44,943 nt of DNA, from the sequence record SRR20825006_1030. One strand, 5' to 3'. The translations under genes were made by a program, and so were the position numbers. The notes below the pieces were generated by a model that did not search any database, was not told where the DNA came from, and saw only the letters and a program-made list of their open reading frames with translations. The stretch's first letter is position 1, and each line of letters begins with the position of its first letter. Below, piece by piece: positions 28,385-41,214 of the stretch.

Positions 28385-29791
28385 ATGGAACAGAACAAAC
28401 CACTCTCCCCTGGTGCCAAGGCACTTGAAGTCAACCTTGATGAGCTCCGTTACGGTTCCTTTGCCGAAATAGGCGCCGGTCAGGAAGTCGTTCGCTGGTT
28501 TTTCCGCGTGGGTGGTGCGGCGGGCACCATTGCCAAGAGTATCTCTGCTTACGACATGAAAGTCAGCGATGATATCTACGGTAAAGCGCCGCGCTATGTC
28601 TGCCGTGAGCGGCTGGAGGATATGCTGGATATTGAGTACAAGCTCAATATCGAACGGTTAAGCGAACAGCGTGGTGACAACACCGCCTTTTTTGCTTTCG
28701 CGGATACCGTTTCGGCCCGTAATTATCATGGCACCAACGAGTGTCACGGCTGGCTCGGGATTCGATTTCAGACTGAAGCCCATGCCGCCCACAGCGACAT
28801 CATCATTCATGTACGCATGCTGGATAATGAAAACGCACTGCAGCAGGAGGCGCTGGGCATTATCGGTGTTAACTTGATCTACGGTGCTTTTCATCTCAGT
28901 CATAACCCGGATCTGTTGGTGAAATCCCTGCTGGATAACCTGACCACCGATCGGATTGAAGTCGATATGATTGACCTCAGCGGTGACGCCTTCCTGCATG
29001 TCGATAATCGCGTGGTGAGTTTAAGACTGGTCCAGCTGGGTCTGAGTGACGCCGCGATGTTCTCTGCTGATGGCAAAGTACTGCAGCCCTCGGAGCATCT
29101 GCGTAAGAAAAATGTGCTGGTAGAGCGTGGCCGCTTCCGCCCTGTCACCCACGTCAATATCGATATGCTCAATGCGGCCAGAAAGCAATTCGAAGCGGAG
29201 GAGGATTCGGCACCGGAAGAAACCATTTCCATCATGGAAATCACCATGCATAACCTGCACAGCGGTGATGACGGCATTGATCTGGAAGACTTCATCAGCC
29301 GCGCTGATGTGCTGGAAGCCGCCGGTCACACTGTGATGATTTCCGACTACCCCGAATACTATCGTCTCGCAACCTACTTATCCCGCTACACCAAGCGCCG
29401 GATTGGGATCACGATGGGAGCACACAGTCTGATAGAACTGTTTGATGACAAGTACTACTCCGATCTCAAGGGGGGAATTCTGGAAGGCTTCGGCCGATTG
29501 TTTAAAAACAACGTCAAGCTCTACATTTACCCCTTCAAGGACGCAGCAACACAAACCTTGTACAAGGTCGATAACCTGCAGGTCACTGAACAGCAGAAAC
29601 ATCTGTATCAATATCTGAAACAGAATGACGAAATTGAACAGATCCAAGAGTTTAATGAGGAATATCTGGATATCTTCTCGCCTGATGTATTAAAGATGAT
29701 TACAGATAATAAGTCCGGCTGGGAGAGGCTGGTACCAGAGGTAGTGGCAGAGAAAATCAAAAACCAGCAATTATTTGGCTATCAGGATTAA
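28385..29791 (+). CDS. conserved protein with a putative nucleotidyltransferase-like C-terminal domain
   Basis: YGSFAEIGAGQEV N-terminal motif; RGRFRPVTHVN resembles a HIGH-type motif; soluble. Confidence 0.7.
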   Translation: MEQNKPLSPGAKALEVNLDELRYGSFAEIGAGQEVVRWFFRVGGAAGTIAKSISAYDMKVSDDIYGKAPRYVCRERLEDMLDIEYKLNIERLSEQRGDNTAFFAFADTVSARNYHGTNECHGWLGIRFQTEAHAAHSDIIIHVRMLDNENALQQEALGIIGVNLIYGAFHLSHNPDLLVKSLLDNLTTDRIEVDMIDLSGDAFLHVDNRVVSLRLVQLGLSDAAMFSADGKVLQPSEHLRKKNVLVERGRFRPVTHVNIDMLNAARKQFEAEEDSAPEETISIMEITMHNLHSGDDGIDLEDFISRADVLEAAGHTVMISDYPEYYRLATYLSRYTKRRIGITMGAHSLIELFDDKYYSDLKGGILEGFGRLFKNNVKLYIYPFKDAATQTLYKVDNLQVTEQQKHLYQYLKQNDEIEQIQEFNEEYLDIFSPDVLKMITDNKSGWERLVPEVVAEKIKNQQLFGYQD

Positions 29792-29813
29792 AGTTCTTCG
29801 TATCCTTCAGATG

Positions 29814-30602
29814 TTACGGATTACAATAGTTACAATAACTGGCATCACCCTGCGATTTTTTAAGCTGTGACTCACTAAAACCGCATGATTTGCAATTACT
29901 TACGATGGCCTTGATTTCGTTGGTAGGTTGACCACATAGCTGGCAGGCTGGTCCTAACTCCCTGTCATCCGGCCGAAAATCAATCGCATTACAGTGAGGG
30001 CACTTCGACTGTATCCGCTCAGCAAGGTTAAGAGCTGCTTTTTGGATCATGATCTGTCTGAGCGGGGAGTTCATTGCCCTGAAGTCGGGCTCCAGCAAGA
30101 CTGGCCATTCTGTAAAAGGTGCCTGGTGGAGAGCAATGACTTCAGCCTGACTGAGCCCTTTCAAAATACCGTCCGGACAACGAACAATCCATCTTTGCTG
30201 TTGGAAATCTGATATTTTCCCAGCCAACTCATCCAACGACGACGCCTTGATCGCTCTTAATGCTGTAGGTCCTTCTGCACTGGCGTAAATAATCAGTTCG
30301 GGTTCTTTCTGGTAAAGACAGATAAGCTCCTGATTCCAGTTCATCAGACCACCGAGCGGACCACTAGCGAAACTGCCCTCACTCCCCAGCCCCACATTGA
30401 GCCCACTCAGATCAGCGGCCTTTTTTGCCTTTTCCAGGGCACAGGCTTTGGGTGAGAGTGTTCTTTCAATTTCTCCAGAAAAAGTGCCCAATTCATCGGT
30501 ATCAAAAAAGTCTATTTCTAACAACTCGATACCTATATCGTATAAAACAGGCGCCAGTTGTAGCGATTTACGATGTTTAGTGAGCAGTGCTGCCGTTTTC
30601 AA
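29814..30602 (-). CDS. DUF6671-like protein with a C-terminal Cys-rich region
   Basis: [28 protein letters not shown]; four CxxC pairs; TTG start overlaps the upstream TGA. Confidence 0.7.
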   Translation of the reverse strand: MKTAALLTKHRKSLQLAPVLYDIGIELLEIDFFDTDELGTFSGEIERTLSPKACALEKAKKAADLSGLNVGLGSEGSFASGPLGGLMNWNQELICLYQKEPELIIYASAEGPTALRAIKASSLDELAGKISDFQQQRWIVRCPDGILKGLSQAEVIALHQAPFTEWPVLLEPDFRAMNSPLRQIMIQKAALNLAERIQSKCPHCNAIDFRPDDRELGPACQLCGQPTNEIKAIVSNCKSCGFSESQLKKSQGDASYCNYCNP

Positions 30603-31194
30603 AAATATCCCTCCTGTTTTTTCCGCTCCATGGAGTTGGCCTGATCTTTATCCAGCAATCTTCCCTGACGTGTGCTGGTTCGGGAGTTAATCATTTCAAT
30701 GATAATATCGCCCACGGTCTCAGAGCGACTTTCAATCGCACCGGTATGAGGGTAACAGCCCAGTGTTCTGAACCGTATCCAGCGTTCTTCAATACTGGCT
30801 TTTTCCGACTCAGTGAGATACGGCAGTACACGCTCATCATCCAGGCCCAGAATCTGGCCTGTTCCCGCATCATAGACCACAGATCCTGACTTAATCGGGT
30901 GCCCCCCTCAGCCAGCGCAGCTTCGTTGATATGTACAATCAAATCCAGATCATGCTTATTGACCAGCCGATCGCAGAAGCTCGCCACCTCGGCAAATTCC
31001 CAGGTAGTATCAATGTGCAGCAGGGTGAGTGGTACCTTTCCCGGAGCAAATGCTTTGCGGGCAAGATGCAACATGACCGTCGAATCCTTACCAATCGAAT
31101 AGCACATGCAGGGATTATCGAAGCCGGCGGCCACTTCTCGCATGATATGAATACTTTCGGCTTCCAGTTGCTGAAGATGGTTGAGCGATTTCAT
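30599..31194 (-). pseudogene. cysD: sulfate adenylyltransferase subunit 2, internally deleted and frameshifted
   Basis: [12 protein letters not shown]...YSIGKDS in one frame and RFRTLGCYP...[11 protein letters not shown] in another; the central GGARRDEE region is absent. Confidence 0.85.
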
Positions 31195-33581
31195 TTCGCC
31201 TCCTCCCACTGATCAGCCTGATAACGCTCAATTACATCATCGTCATTCCAGCAGAACAGGAACAACCAGTTGTTATCCACTAACTGCCTGACTGTCTCAT
31301 GGGCAGCGATGACTCTCTCTATCGCCACTTTCGGCGCCGCAATGTAGACGTTGAGTCTCAACGGCTGGTGACGCCATTCATGACCGTCGTGGATCGACTG
31401 GTATGACAAGCCGATACGCAAGTCGCCCCCATTGCCTTCAAAAACGCCGATGTGCTGGTTCACAGCGTTATGGAGCAGCTTGTTACCACTGCCAAAAAAG
31501 TTGTTATCTGCGACGGACAGGTTGTATTGCATATTAATCCAGTGCGTTACCACCATCGGCGCAGTCATGATTTGTTCCAGCAGCACTCCTTCTGGATCCT
31601 GATGCCAGTCATAATCATGCAGGAAAGTCCGACCATCCAGCGGCAATGCGCGTGTACGATCGCGCGGTGCCACGATAAACGCAGCATTATTCGCAAGTCC
31701 CCACTCAGGACGGACTTCAGACCAGTCTTTGGCTCGGTCTGACAATGCCTTCTCCAGTTTATTGTCGTCAAGCTCTTGCAGTCCCGGCTCCATAGTGGCA
31801 GCTCGTTCCCGACGGGTGGCGTTGGCAGCCTGTTTCAACCACGCCTCGATATCGCTGTCGACTTCCCCGAAGCAGCTGACTTCATCGGTGGTGGTGTTAT
31901 GCAAACCGGGAACAAAACGGGTCTGGTCGGGAATGTGGATGCCCTCCTCTGCCAGCTTTTGTCTTATCGGCGCGTCATTGAGTAATCTTGCCAGCACACG
32001 CACATTAACCTCACCGGTCTGCCCGCCACAGGCGCCACAGTCAAGGCCCGAAGCATGGAGGTTATTCCGGGTCTCACTACCGTGGCCAAGTAACAGCACG
32101 GTCGGGGCAAACGCTTGTGTCAGCCCCATACCTTTTAACACACCATTGACCAGGCTTGTTTTATCCTCGAGACTGAGCGGCTGATCTTCGCTTAGCAATT
32201 CCCAGTCATGATGGTGACTGAGTGAATCAATCAGCTTCTCTTTTTTCTTAGGGAAAAAATTGTCCTTCAGCAGCTTGAACGCATAAGCCCAACCCACGGT
32301 TTCGACCATGGTGAACGCCGAGACGGATGAGTTGCCCCAGCTCTTCCAGTGGCTCAGCGTATGCAGGTTGCGAAGCTTGTCCTGACTCGCTTTTTTCTCA
32401 CTGACCTTGATAGCCGGCGCGACCAGGCCGGGTAACTGAGGGCGCACTGTCGGTGTGTCAGCAGGCTGGTAACTGATAGGCAGACCATAGAATCCGGCAA
32501 AGCCGATGGTCTGGATCGCCGGACTCTGATTTTCCAGCGCCCTTCTGAAACGTTCAGAGCGAACATCAATGCAGAATGCTGCCTGTAATACGGGCGCTGT
32601 CTGACTGGGTCGCGCTGTGGTTTTCAGGGTCTGATGCAGTTTTTTCTGGTATTCCAGTTCCGCAGCATGGGTCCAGATCCAGAAATAGCGCAGATGCTCG
32701 AAATGCTCATCAATCAGCTCGTTAACCTGAAATTTCTGCTGTGCCCATCGGGCCTCCAGTATGCGAAAGTCTGTTTTAGAGACTTTCTTTTTTAACTGAC
32801 GCCAGACAATAAGATCCCAGGCCATTCTGATAGCAAGGAGTGACTCCACATACTGGCTATCCTGTCCCTTTAGTCGTTTTTCCCAACGCTGCCAGGAAAA
32901 ATAACTGGCCCAGCCGTTAATACTTAGTAATAACTTGTGCGCATAGATCTCCATTTCGTGGGGACCGAGTTCAAGTTCAACCGCCACCTCATCAAACAAA
33001 GTTTCAAAATCATTAGGCAGGTCAACAAATGCTTCACGTAGATGTTTCTCACCCATTAACAATGACATACCGTAATCATGCGTGGTGAAATCAAGCCAGC
33101 TGGAATAGAGATTTTCCAGATTTTCAGGGTGCTGATTAATAAACTCACCACAAAACTGACTGATTTGATGTACGGTTTCATCCTGCCATCGCATTTTGTG
33201 GTGGTCACGACTTAAATCTGCAATTTCAACAACACTGAGCCAAACACCAGGGCTAGTTTGTTTCAGGCCCGTTCTCAAAGAATTGATATCTGTTGCTGCT
33301 CTGTAAGCTTTTGCCGCTGCAAATAGTGATGATTCTGAAATTTCGCCCTTATCAAAACTGCTGAGAAGTTCTTGTGCAGACATTGTCGTTTTGACACCAG
33401 CCAATGCCGCAAACCTGGCTGAGACCAACTCGACGGGATGATGACGACACTCCCATAAAGGATTGACAGCGATGAAACGGTCCAGCGGCCAGCTGGGAGC
33501 AATCAGAGCGCAGGCATTACGAATCGCTGAAAGTTGTTGTGCTTTCGCTTGTTTGATGACTTCAGCTGTAGCTTCAATCAT
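31191..33581 (-). CDS. dabA: inorganic carbon transporter subunit DabA (DUF2309)
   Basis: [31 protein letters not shown] (Zn ligands), [13 protein letters not shown]. Confidence 0.92.
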   Translation of the reverse strand: MIEATAEVIKQAKAQQLSAIRNACALIAPSWPLDRFIAVNPLWECRHHPVELVSARFAALAGVKTTMSAQELLSSFDKGEISESSLFAAAKAYRAATDINSLRTGLKQTSPGVWLSVVEIADLSRDHHKMRWQDETVHQISQFCGEFINQHPENLENLYSSWLDFTTHDYGMSLLMGEKHLREAFVDLPNDFETLFDEVAVELELGPHEMEIYAHKLLLSINGWASYFSWQRWEKRLKGQDSQYVESLLAIRMAWDLIVWRQLKKKVSKTDFRILEARWAQQKFQVNELIDEHFEHLRYFWIWTHAAELEYQKKLHQTLKTTARPSQTAPVLQAAFCIDVRSERFRRALENQSPAIQTIGFAGFYGLPISYQPADTPTVRPQLPGLVAPAIKVSEKKASQDKLRNLHTLSHWKSWGNSSVSAFTMVETVGWAYAFKLLKDNFFPKKKEKLIDSLSHHHDWELLSEDQPLSLEDKTSLVNGVLKGMGLTQAFAPTVLLLGHGSETRNNLHASGLDCGACGGQTGEVNVRVLARLLNDAPIRQKLAEEGIHIPDQTRFVPGLHNTTTDEVSCFGEVDSDIEAWLKQAANATRRERAATMEPGLQELDDNKLEKALSDRAKDWSEVRPEWGLANNAAFIVAPRDRTRALPLDGRTFLHDYDWHQDPEGVLLEQIMTAPMVVTHWINMQYNLSVADNNFFGSGNKLLHNAVNQHIGVFEGNGGDLRIGLSYQSIHDGHEWRHQPLRLNVYIAAPKVAIERVIAAHETVRQLVDNNWLFLFCWNDDDVIERYQADQWEEAK

Positions 33582-35158
33582 ACCCAGGACTCCTCAATCG
33601 TTTGCTGCTCTGTAATGCTTTGCCGTGACTTTGGACGTAGAACGACCGGCCACAGCTGCAGGGTCAGGCGCGTCATGATTTCATCCAGATATAAGCCCGA
33701 AAATAACCAGCGATAAAGGGTTTGTGTCTTTTTCCTCTGTGGGAAAACTCGAATCTGCACAGTCAACGCAAACAAGGCCAGAAACATAATCATGAGCCAT
33801 ATATCCATCGCAGAGAACATGCTCGCCGCAGGTAGGTCAGTCATCAGATTACCTAGCAGCGCTTTAGCGCCCATATAGAGGCCAACCAGTCCCGTAGCAA
33901 TGCAAACCGCTAATATGCCGGCCCGAGAGAGACCATGACTCAGTGCAGAGACCAGATACAAAGCAAGTGCGGCATTAACCAGAAGCCAGACACTGAGTGG
34001 CCCCTGATAACTGGTAAACAAAGGTATTGCCGCTGTAGCGACTAAGGCCAGCGATAAACAGATAACAGCACTTTCGAAAGTGACTTTTTTCTGTGGTGCC
34101 AACTGCTTCAGACCGTAATCCTGAACAGCTTCACCGGTGCTGAGGAAAGCATAAGCCTTGTACAAAGAGTGCGTCAGAAGATGTATTAACGCCAGTTCAT
34201 ACAGTCCAAGCGCGCATTCAATCAGCATTAGCCCCATCTGGGCACAGGTGGACCAGGCGAGACGGACCTTGATACTGATTCTGGTCATCATGACCAGCGC
34301 ACTGATCAATGTACTTAGACCAGCGACAATGAGCAGTGTCCATTGTGCTGCTGTGGCCAGTGCCATGAGAGGAGAAAAACTGATAAGCAGGAAACCACCC
34401 AGGTTGATAATACCTGCATGTAAAAGTGCACTGATAGGTGTGGGGGCTTCTACAACCTGTATCAGCCAGCCATGCAGTGGCAGTTGAGCACATTTGATCA
34501 AGGCTGTCTGCGCAATCAGAAAGGCAGCCACTTTTTCAGTAAAACTGAGTTCATGCCCCGGCGTGACACTGAGGTAATACTCCAGCATGGCGCTGAGCTG
34601 GAATGTACCGTGCTGATGATATAGCAGGAGGATCGCACTCAGAAGACAAGTCTCAGCCACCCGCGCGAGAATGAATTTCTTATGCGCTGCCAGCACAGCG
34701 CGAGGCCTGTCTGGGTAAAACAGGAGCAAGCGATGAAAACACAGACTGATCGAGACCCATCCCAACCATAACAAGAGTAGGTTATTACTCAACACAACAA
34801 CAGAGACCGAGGTCAGGCTCAGTAATAACCACCGCCAGTATCGGTGGGAGCGCGTTTCAGAACGTATATAGCGTTCCGAAAACTTAATAATAATGACGGC
34901 CATGAAACTGACCAGAGACAGCACCGTGAGATTGATGGCGTTAACTGCTAATACGCTGGTTAATTGTTGCTCTTTTGCAAGGAAGAAATGGGCAGTCACC
35001 AGCAGCATTGAAACGACGATGATGAGTGAGACTGCGTTCAATATCAGCCGACGCCTACTGTCGGTTAGCCTGGCCTTTCCGGCCAGCCAGGCGCCCACCG
35101 CTAGAACCAGTGGGATAAGAATAGACAAGTGGGTGGAAAAAAATTGGCTCACAGACAT
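33578..35158 (-). CDS. dabB: inorganic carbon transporter subunit DabB (NuoL/MrpA-like)
   Basis: KCAQLPLHGWL..VEAPTPISALLHAG, STCAQMG; ATGA overlap with dabA. Confidence 0.88.
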   Translation of the reverse strand: MSVSQFFSTHLSILIPLVLAVGAWLAGKARLTDSRRRLILNAVSLIIVVSMLLVTAHFFLAKEQQLTSVLAVNAINLTVLSLVSFMAVIIIKFSERYIRSETRSHRYWRWLLLSLTSVSVVVLSNNLLLLWLGWVSISLCFHRLLLFYPDRPRAVLAAHKKFILARVAETCLLSAILLLYHQHGTFQLSAMLEYYLSVTPGHELSFTEKVAAFLIAQTALIKCAQLPLHGWLIQVVEAPTPISALLHAGIINLGGFLLISFSPLMALATAAQWTLLIVAGLSTLISALVMMTRISIKVRLAWSTCAQMGLMLIECALGLYELALIHLLTHSLYKAYAFLSTGEAVQDYGLKQLAPQKKVTFESAVICLSLALVATAAIPLFTSYQGPLSVWLLVNAALALYLVSALSHGLSRAGILAVCIATGLVGLYMGAKALLGNLMTDLPAASMFSAMDIWLMIMFLALFALTVQIRVFPQRKKTQTLYRWLFSGLYLDEIMTRLTLQLWPVVLRPKSRQSITEQQTIEESWV

Positions 35159-35244
35159 ACCTCCTTTGCTGGCGGCAGTATGTCAAACGAGCTATCATAA
35201 ATAAAATAGATATTTATTAATAAATATATAAGTTTTAATTAATT

Positions 35245-36129
35245 ATGGCAAAAATAAACTATCATCACCTCTACTATTTCTGGCGTGTCGCCTTATCAGG
35301 CAGCATCACCCGTACCGCCGAAGAGTGCCACGTATCACAGTCTGCTTTGTCGCAACAAATCAAACAGCTTGAGACCACGATGGATATGCAGTTGTTTAAA
35401 CGAGTAGGAAGACAACTGGTGTTAACCGATACCGGCAGGAAAGTTCTTACTTATGCCGATGAAATCTTTAGCAAAGGTGAAGAACTGCAATCATTTCTGA
35501 AAAAAGGAGAAGTGGCCAGTCAACGCCACATCAATATTGGTGTTTTAACAACCTTATCGAGAAACTTCACCGAATCTTTTATCAGTCCCTTACTTCAGGA
35601 ATCCAATGTCAAATTTACATTGAGCACACGGGGTATGACGAATCTCTTGAATGGCCTGAGCAGTCACGAACTCGATCTGGTGCTCACCAATCGCTCAGTC
35701 AGTCAGCAAAATGATGACGCCATTTGGCAAAGTCAGCTCGTTTCACGACAATCTGTTTCCATTATCGGGCCTGCTGAAAATAAACCTGAAAAAAAATTTC
35801 CAGCAGGTTACGACAGCTTGAAATGGGTGCTTCCTACTGGGATTACTGAAATTCGCTCTGCCTTTGATGCCTATTGCTCGACACTTAATTATACCCCTGA
35901 GGTCATGGCAGAAGCCGATGATATGGCGATGTTGCGACTATTGGTGAGAGATACCGGGGCCGTGACCGCCTTGCCACCGGTTGTCGTCAAGGATGAAATA
36001 GCCAATGGCCGCTTAGCTGAATATCAGGTATTGCCTAATGTCTTCGAGAACTTTTATGCCATCACAATTCGACGTACTTATGTACCAGAAATTGTCACTA
36101 GCCTGCTTCACAAAAATATTGTGACTTGA
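35245..36129 (+). CDS. LysR family regulator (NhaR-like), divergent from dabBA
   Basis: NYHHLYYFW...SQSALSQQIKQLE HTH; AT-rich 86-bp intergenic region. Confidence 0.92.
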   Translation: MAKINYHHLYYFWRVALSGSITRTAEECHVSQSALSQQIKQLETTMDMQLFKRVGRQLVLTDTGRKVLTYADEIFSKGEELQSFLKKGEVASQRHINIGVLTTLSRNFTESFISPLLQESNVKFTLSTRGMTNLLNGLSSHELDLVLTNRSVSQQNDDAIWQSQLVSRQSVSIIGPAENKPEKKFPAGYDSLKWVLPTGITEIRSAFDAYCSTLNYTPEVMAEADDMAMLRLLVRDTGAVTALPPVVVKDEIANGRLAEYQVLPNVFENFYAITIRRTYVPEIVTSLLHKNIVT

Positions 36130-36176
36130 ATACACTGGGGCAACGTTCGTGAGGGTGAGTAGCAACCACTTACAAT

Positions 36177-36203
36177 AAAAAAGCCCTCATCCGAGGGCTT
36201 TTT
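36177..36203. terminator. bidirectional intrinsic terminator
   Basis: AAAAAAGCCCTC-ATCC-GAGGGCTTTTT between convergent genes. Confidence 0.85.
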
Positions 36204-36228
36204 AAATTAAGTCACTGAACTGTGTTGA

Positions 36229-38460
<2,232 letters not shown>

Positions 38461-38665
38461 CTAATTCTTTCTGATGTTGTTGAGCGTATTTAGAATAAGA
38501 GCCCAAAGCTCACGTCGCTCTTTTGATGGCGCACATTATACGGTATCAAGCCTTTTAAACGCAGAGTCAGGCTAATTTAACCGCTGATTTGATTCGCTAA
38601 GCGCTTGGTTTTTTTGTGCAGGTCTGCTTCAAGGGGTGTTGGGCATCGCTATCGCTCCACCCAGT

Positions 38666-39691
38666 CTATTCAGCGTCTGACTGGTCAAAAACGGCCAGAG
38701 GGTGCGTGGTGATGATATGCATCATAACCCGCTGCCCTGGTTCTGCGATGTTTTCATGACTGCAGCGGATTTTCACGGTAGCACCCGTATCTGTTTTAAC
38801 GCCGTAAAGACGGGCGCTGCCTTCGTAACGGCTCCAGATGATCTCGCCATTGCCCTGCTCGTCCAACTTCAGTGATAAATCGTCCGGTCGCAGTAGCAAA
38901 TCCACCTCGCCCTCTGCACCGTTAACCGGTGCCGCCGGCGCGTTACCCAGTGGCGTTGCCACGATATTACTGCCGGCGTCCAATCTACCGGGCAGGAAGC
39001 TGGCATCCCCCAGAAAACGGGCGACAAAACGATTCTGCGGTTCACTGAAACAGCTTTCCGGCGTACCGATTTGTTCCAGTTTACCGTCTTTCAATACGCC
39101 GATCCGGTCACCGACCGACAGCGCTTCTTCCTGATCATGGGTCACCCAGATGGCAGGTACACCGGCATCTTTCAGTGCGTGTCGAATCTCCCAGCGCAGA
39201 TCGTCTTTTAAAGCTGCATCAAGATTGGATAAGGGCTCGTCCAGCAGCACAAACGCCGGTTCATGAGCCAGGGTTCGGGCCAGTGCCACCCGTTGTTTCT
39301 GTCCGCCGGACAGATTGGCCGGTCTGACGTCACGCCAGGGTGTCAGCCCCAGCAGATCGATCCAGTGATCGGCTTTGCGGCTGTCTTTGAGTTTGAAACT
39401 GACATTCTGCATCACGGTGAGATGGGGGAACAACGCAAAGTCCTGAAACACCATGCCCACATGACGTTTTTCCGGTGCAATGGTTTTGTCGGCAGTAACA
39501 GTCTGAGCGCCGAGTTTGATCGTGCCTTCTGTGATCGGTATCAGTCCGGCCAGCGCTTGCAGGATGGTCGTTTTACCACAGCCTGTAGGTCCGACCAGCG
39601 TCAGCAGTTCTGAATCACCCAGCGTCAGGCTGAGGTCATCAACCACTTTCTTCTGGCCGTAATGGACAGACACATTCTGAACTTCAATCAT
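38666..39691 (-). CDS. Fe3+ ABC transporter ATP-binding protein
   Basis: GPTGCGKT, LSGGQKQR, LLDEP; C-terminal TOBE-like region. Confidence 0.9.
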   Translation of the reverse strand: MIEVQNVSVHYGQKKVVDDLSLTLGDSELLTLVGPTGCGKTTILQALAGLIPITEGTIKLGAQTVTADKTIAPEKRHVGMVFQDFALFPHLTVMQNVSFKLKDSRKADHWIDLLGLTPWRDVRPANLSGGQKQRVALARTLAHEPAFVLLDEPLSNLDAALKDDLRWEIRHALKDAGVPAIWVTHDQEEALSVGDRIGVLKDGKLEQIGTPESCFSEPQNRFVARFLGDASFLPGRLDAGSNIVATPLGNAPAAPVNGAEGEVDLLLRPDDLSLKLDEQGNGEIIWSRYEGSARLYGVKTDTGATVKIRCSHENIAEPGQRVMMHIITTHPLAVFDQSDAE

Positions 39692-41214
39692 GAAAGAGAA
39701 GGCTCCTCCTCAATTACATCCGTCTGGTTCCAGCGCTCACCGAAGAACATAACAGCCAATGCCAAACCGGAAATCACTACCAGTAATAAACCGGGAATTG
39801 CTGCCTGACCAAAGTAACCAGCCTCATAAACCCGCCACAGGTAAGTGGCCAGGGTTTCAAAGTCCAGTGGGCTCAGGATCAGCGTAGCCGGTAATTCTCG
39901 CATGACTTCGAGAAATACCAAAGCCGCACCGGCAACGATGCCACGGATACTCAATGGCAGGGTAATACGGCGAAAGGCTTCTTTTTGACTTGCCCCCAGC
40001 AGGCGGGCTGCCTTCACCAGACTGGGATCGAGACGTTCAGATGTGGATCGAATAGAACCTACAGCCAACGGCAGAAAGCGCATGACATAGGCCAGCACTA
40101 ACAAGGCCAGGGTCTGGTAAAGCATCGACAGCTGCAGGCCGACATAGACTAATGCCGTACCCATAACAATACCGGGCACGCCAAAGCCGAGGTAACTGAC
40201 CCGTTCCATCAGACGACCGAATTTACCACTGATGGCGGCCTGAGCCACCGGTAAAGCAAACAATACCGTAGCGATGGCAGCGAACAAGGCGGCATAAGCG
40301 GAATTCCAGGCATAAACCAGTTCAAAATTACCGGCGCCCTCCCGCCACAACCAGATGCCGAATACCGCCAGTGGCAGTAGAATCGACAAAGCAATTACTG
40401 GCATACAGGACAGCAACATCACTGAAGTGCGCAGTTTACCCGGCCACAAGGTCAACGATTTACCGGGTCTTTCATGTGTACCTTTAACCCGGGATTCCAG
40501 AAACAGGATCAGACCCACAATGACCAACAGCTGTAATGACAGCATTGCCGCCTGACTCAGACCGAAGCTGTTGTATTCGACATAAATCATGCGGGTGAAA
40601 GTATCCAGCCGCAGAATCGCGGGCGTACCGAAATCAGAGAGCGCATACATCGCCGCCAGCAAAGCACCGGCAGCAATGCCGTTGGTAATGCGTGGCAACA
40701 CCACCGTCCACAGACTGCTGAGCAAGGACATGCCCAGCGTACGGGCAGCATAAACGAGACTGGCATCAAGACTGAGCAAAGAGGCACGCACGGTCAGCAT
40801 CACAAACGGATAGGTGTACAACGCCATCACCACACTGGAACCGAACAGACCATCGAAACTGGGTGTGGTCAGGCCGGTTAACTGTTCTATTTCGCCACCG
40901 GGTCCGAAAGCCGCATAGAGCGTGAAAGCACCAATATAGCTGGGTATCGCCAGCGGCGCGGCCAATAAGACCAGCCAGAATTTCCCCCAGGGCAGTCTGA
41001 CATAGGCTGTCAGCAGCGCCAGCGGTACGCCGATAAGCACCGCGCCACCCGCTGTGAACACCATGAGTGCCAGAGTATTGGTGAGGATTTGCAGATTACG
41101 CGCGTCAAACAGCTGTGGACTGTCTGCGGCCAGCACCATCAACACAAGCACCGGCATCAATGCCATCAAGGCAATGATAAAGGCCAGTGGATAGGAAGGA
41201 GACCATCGCTTCAT
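39688..41214 (-). CDS. Fe3+ ABC transporter permease (two repeats)
   Basis: Two EAA-like loops (AARTLG, AARLLG), SDFG, RELPATL. Confidence 0.9.
   Translation of the reverse strand: MKRWSPSYPLAFIIALMALMPVLVLMVLAADSPQLFDARNLQILTNTLALMVFTAGGAVLIGVPLALLTAYVRLPWGKFWLVLLAAPLAIPSYIGAFTLYAAFGPGGEIEQLTGLTTPSFDGLFGSSVVMALYTYPFVMLTVRASLLSLDASLVYAARTLGMSLLSSLWTVVLPRITNGIAAGALLAAMYALSDFGTPAILRLDTFTRMIYVEYNSFGLSQAAMLSLQLLVIVGLILFLESRVKGTHERPGKSLTLWPGKLRTSVMLLSCMPVIALSILLPLAVFGIWLWREGAGNFELVYAWNSAYAALFAAIATVLFALPVAQAAISGKFGRLMERVSYLGFGVPGIVMGTALVYVGLQLSMLYQTLALLVLAYVMRFLPLAVGSIRSTSERLDPSLVKAARLLGASQKEAFRRITLPLSIRGIVAGAALVFLEVMRELPATLILSPLDFETLATYLWRVYEAGYFGQAAIPGLLLVVISGLALAVMFFGERWNQTDVIEEEPSLS

Noticed and set aside
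33578-35158. NuoL of respiratory complex I
   Set aside because: No other nuo genes are present, and it is coupled to a DUF2309 gene, which identifies it as DabB.
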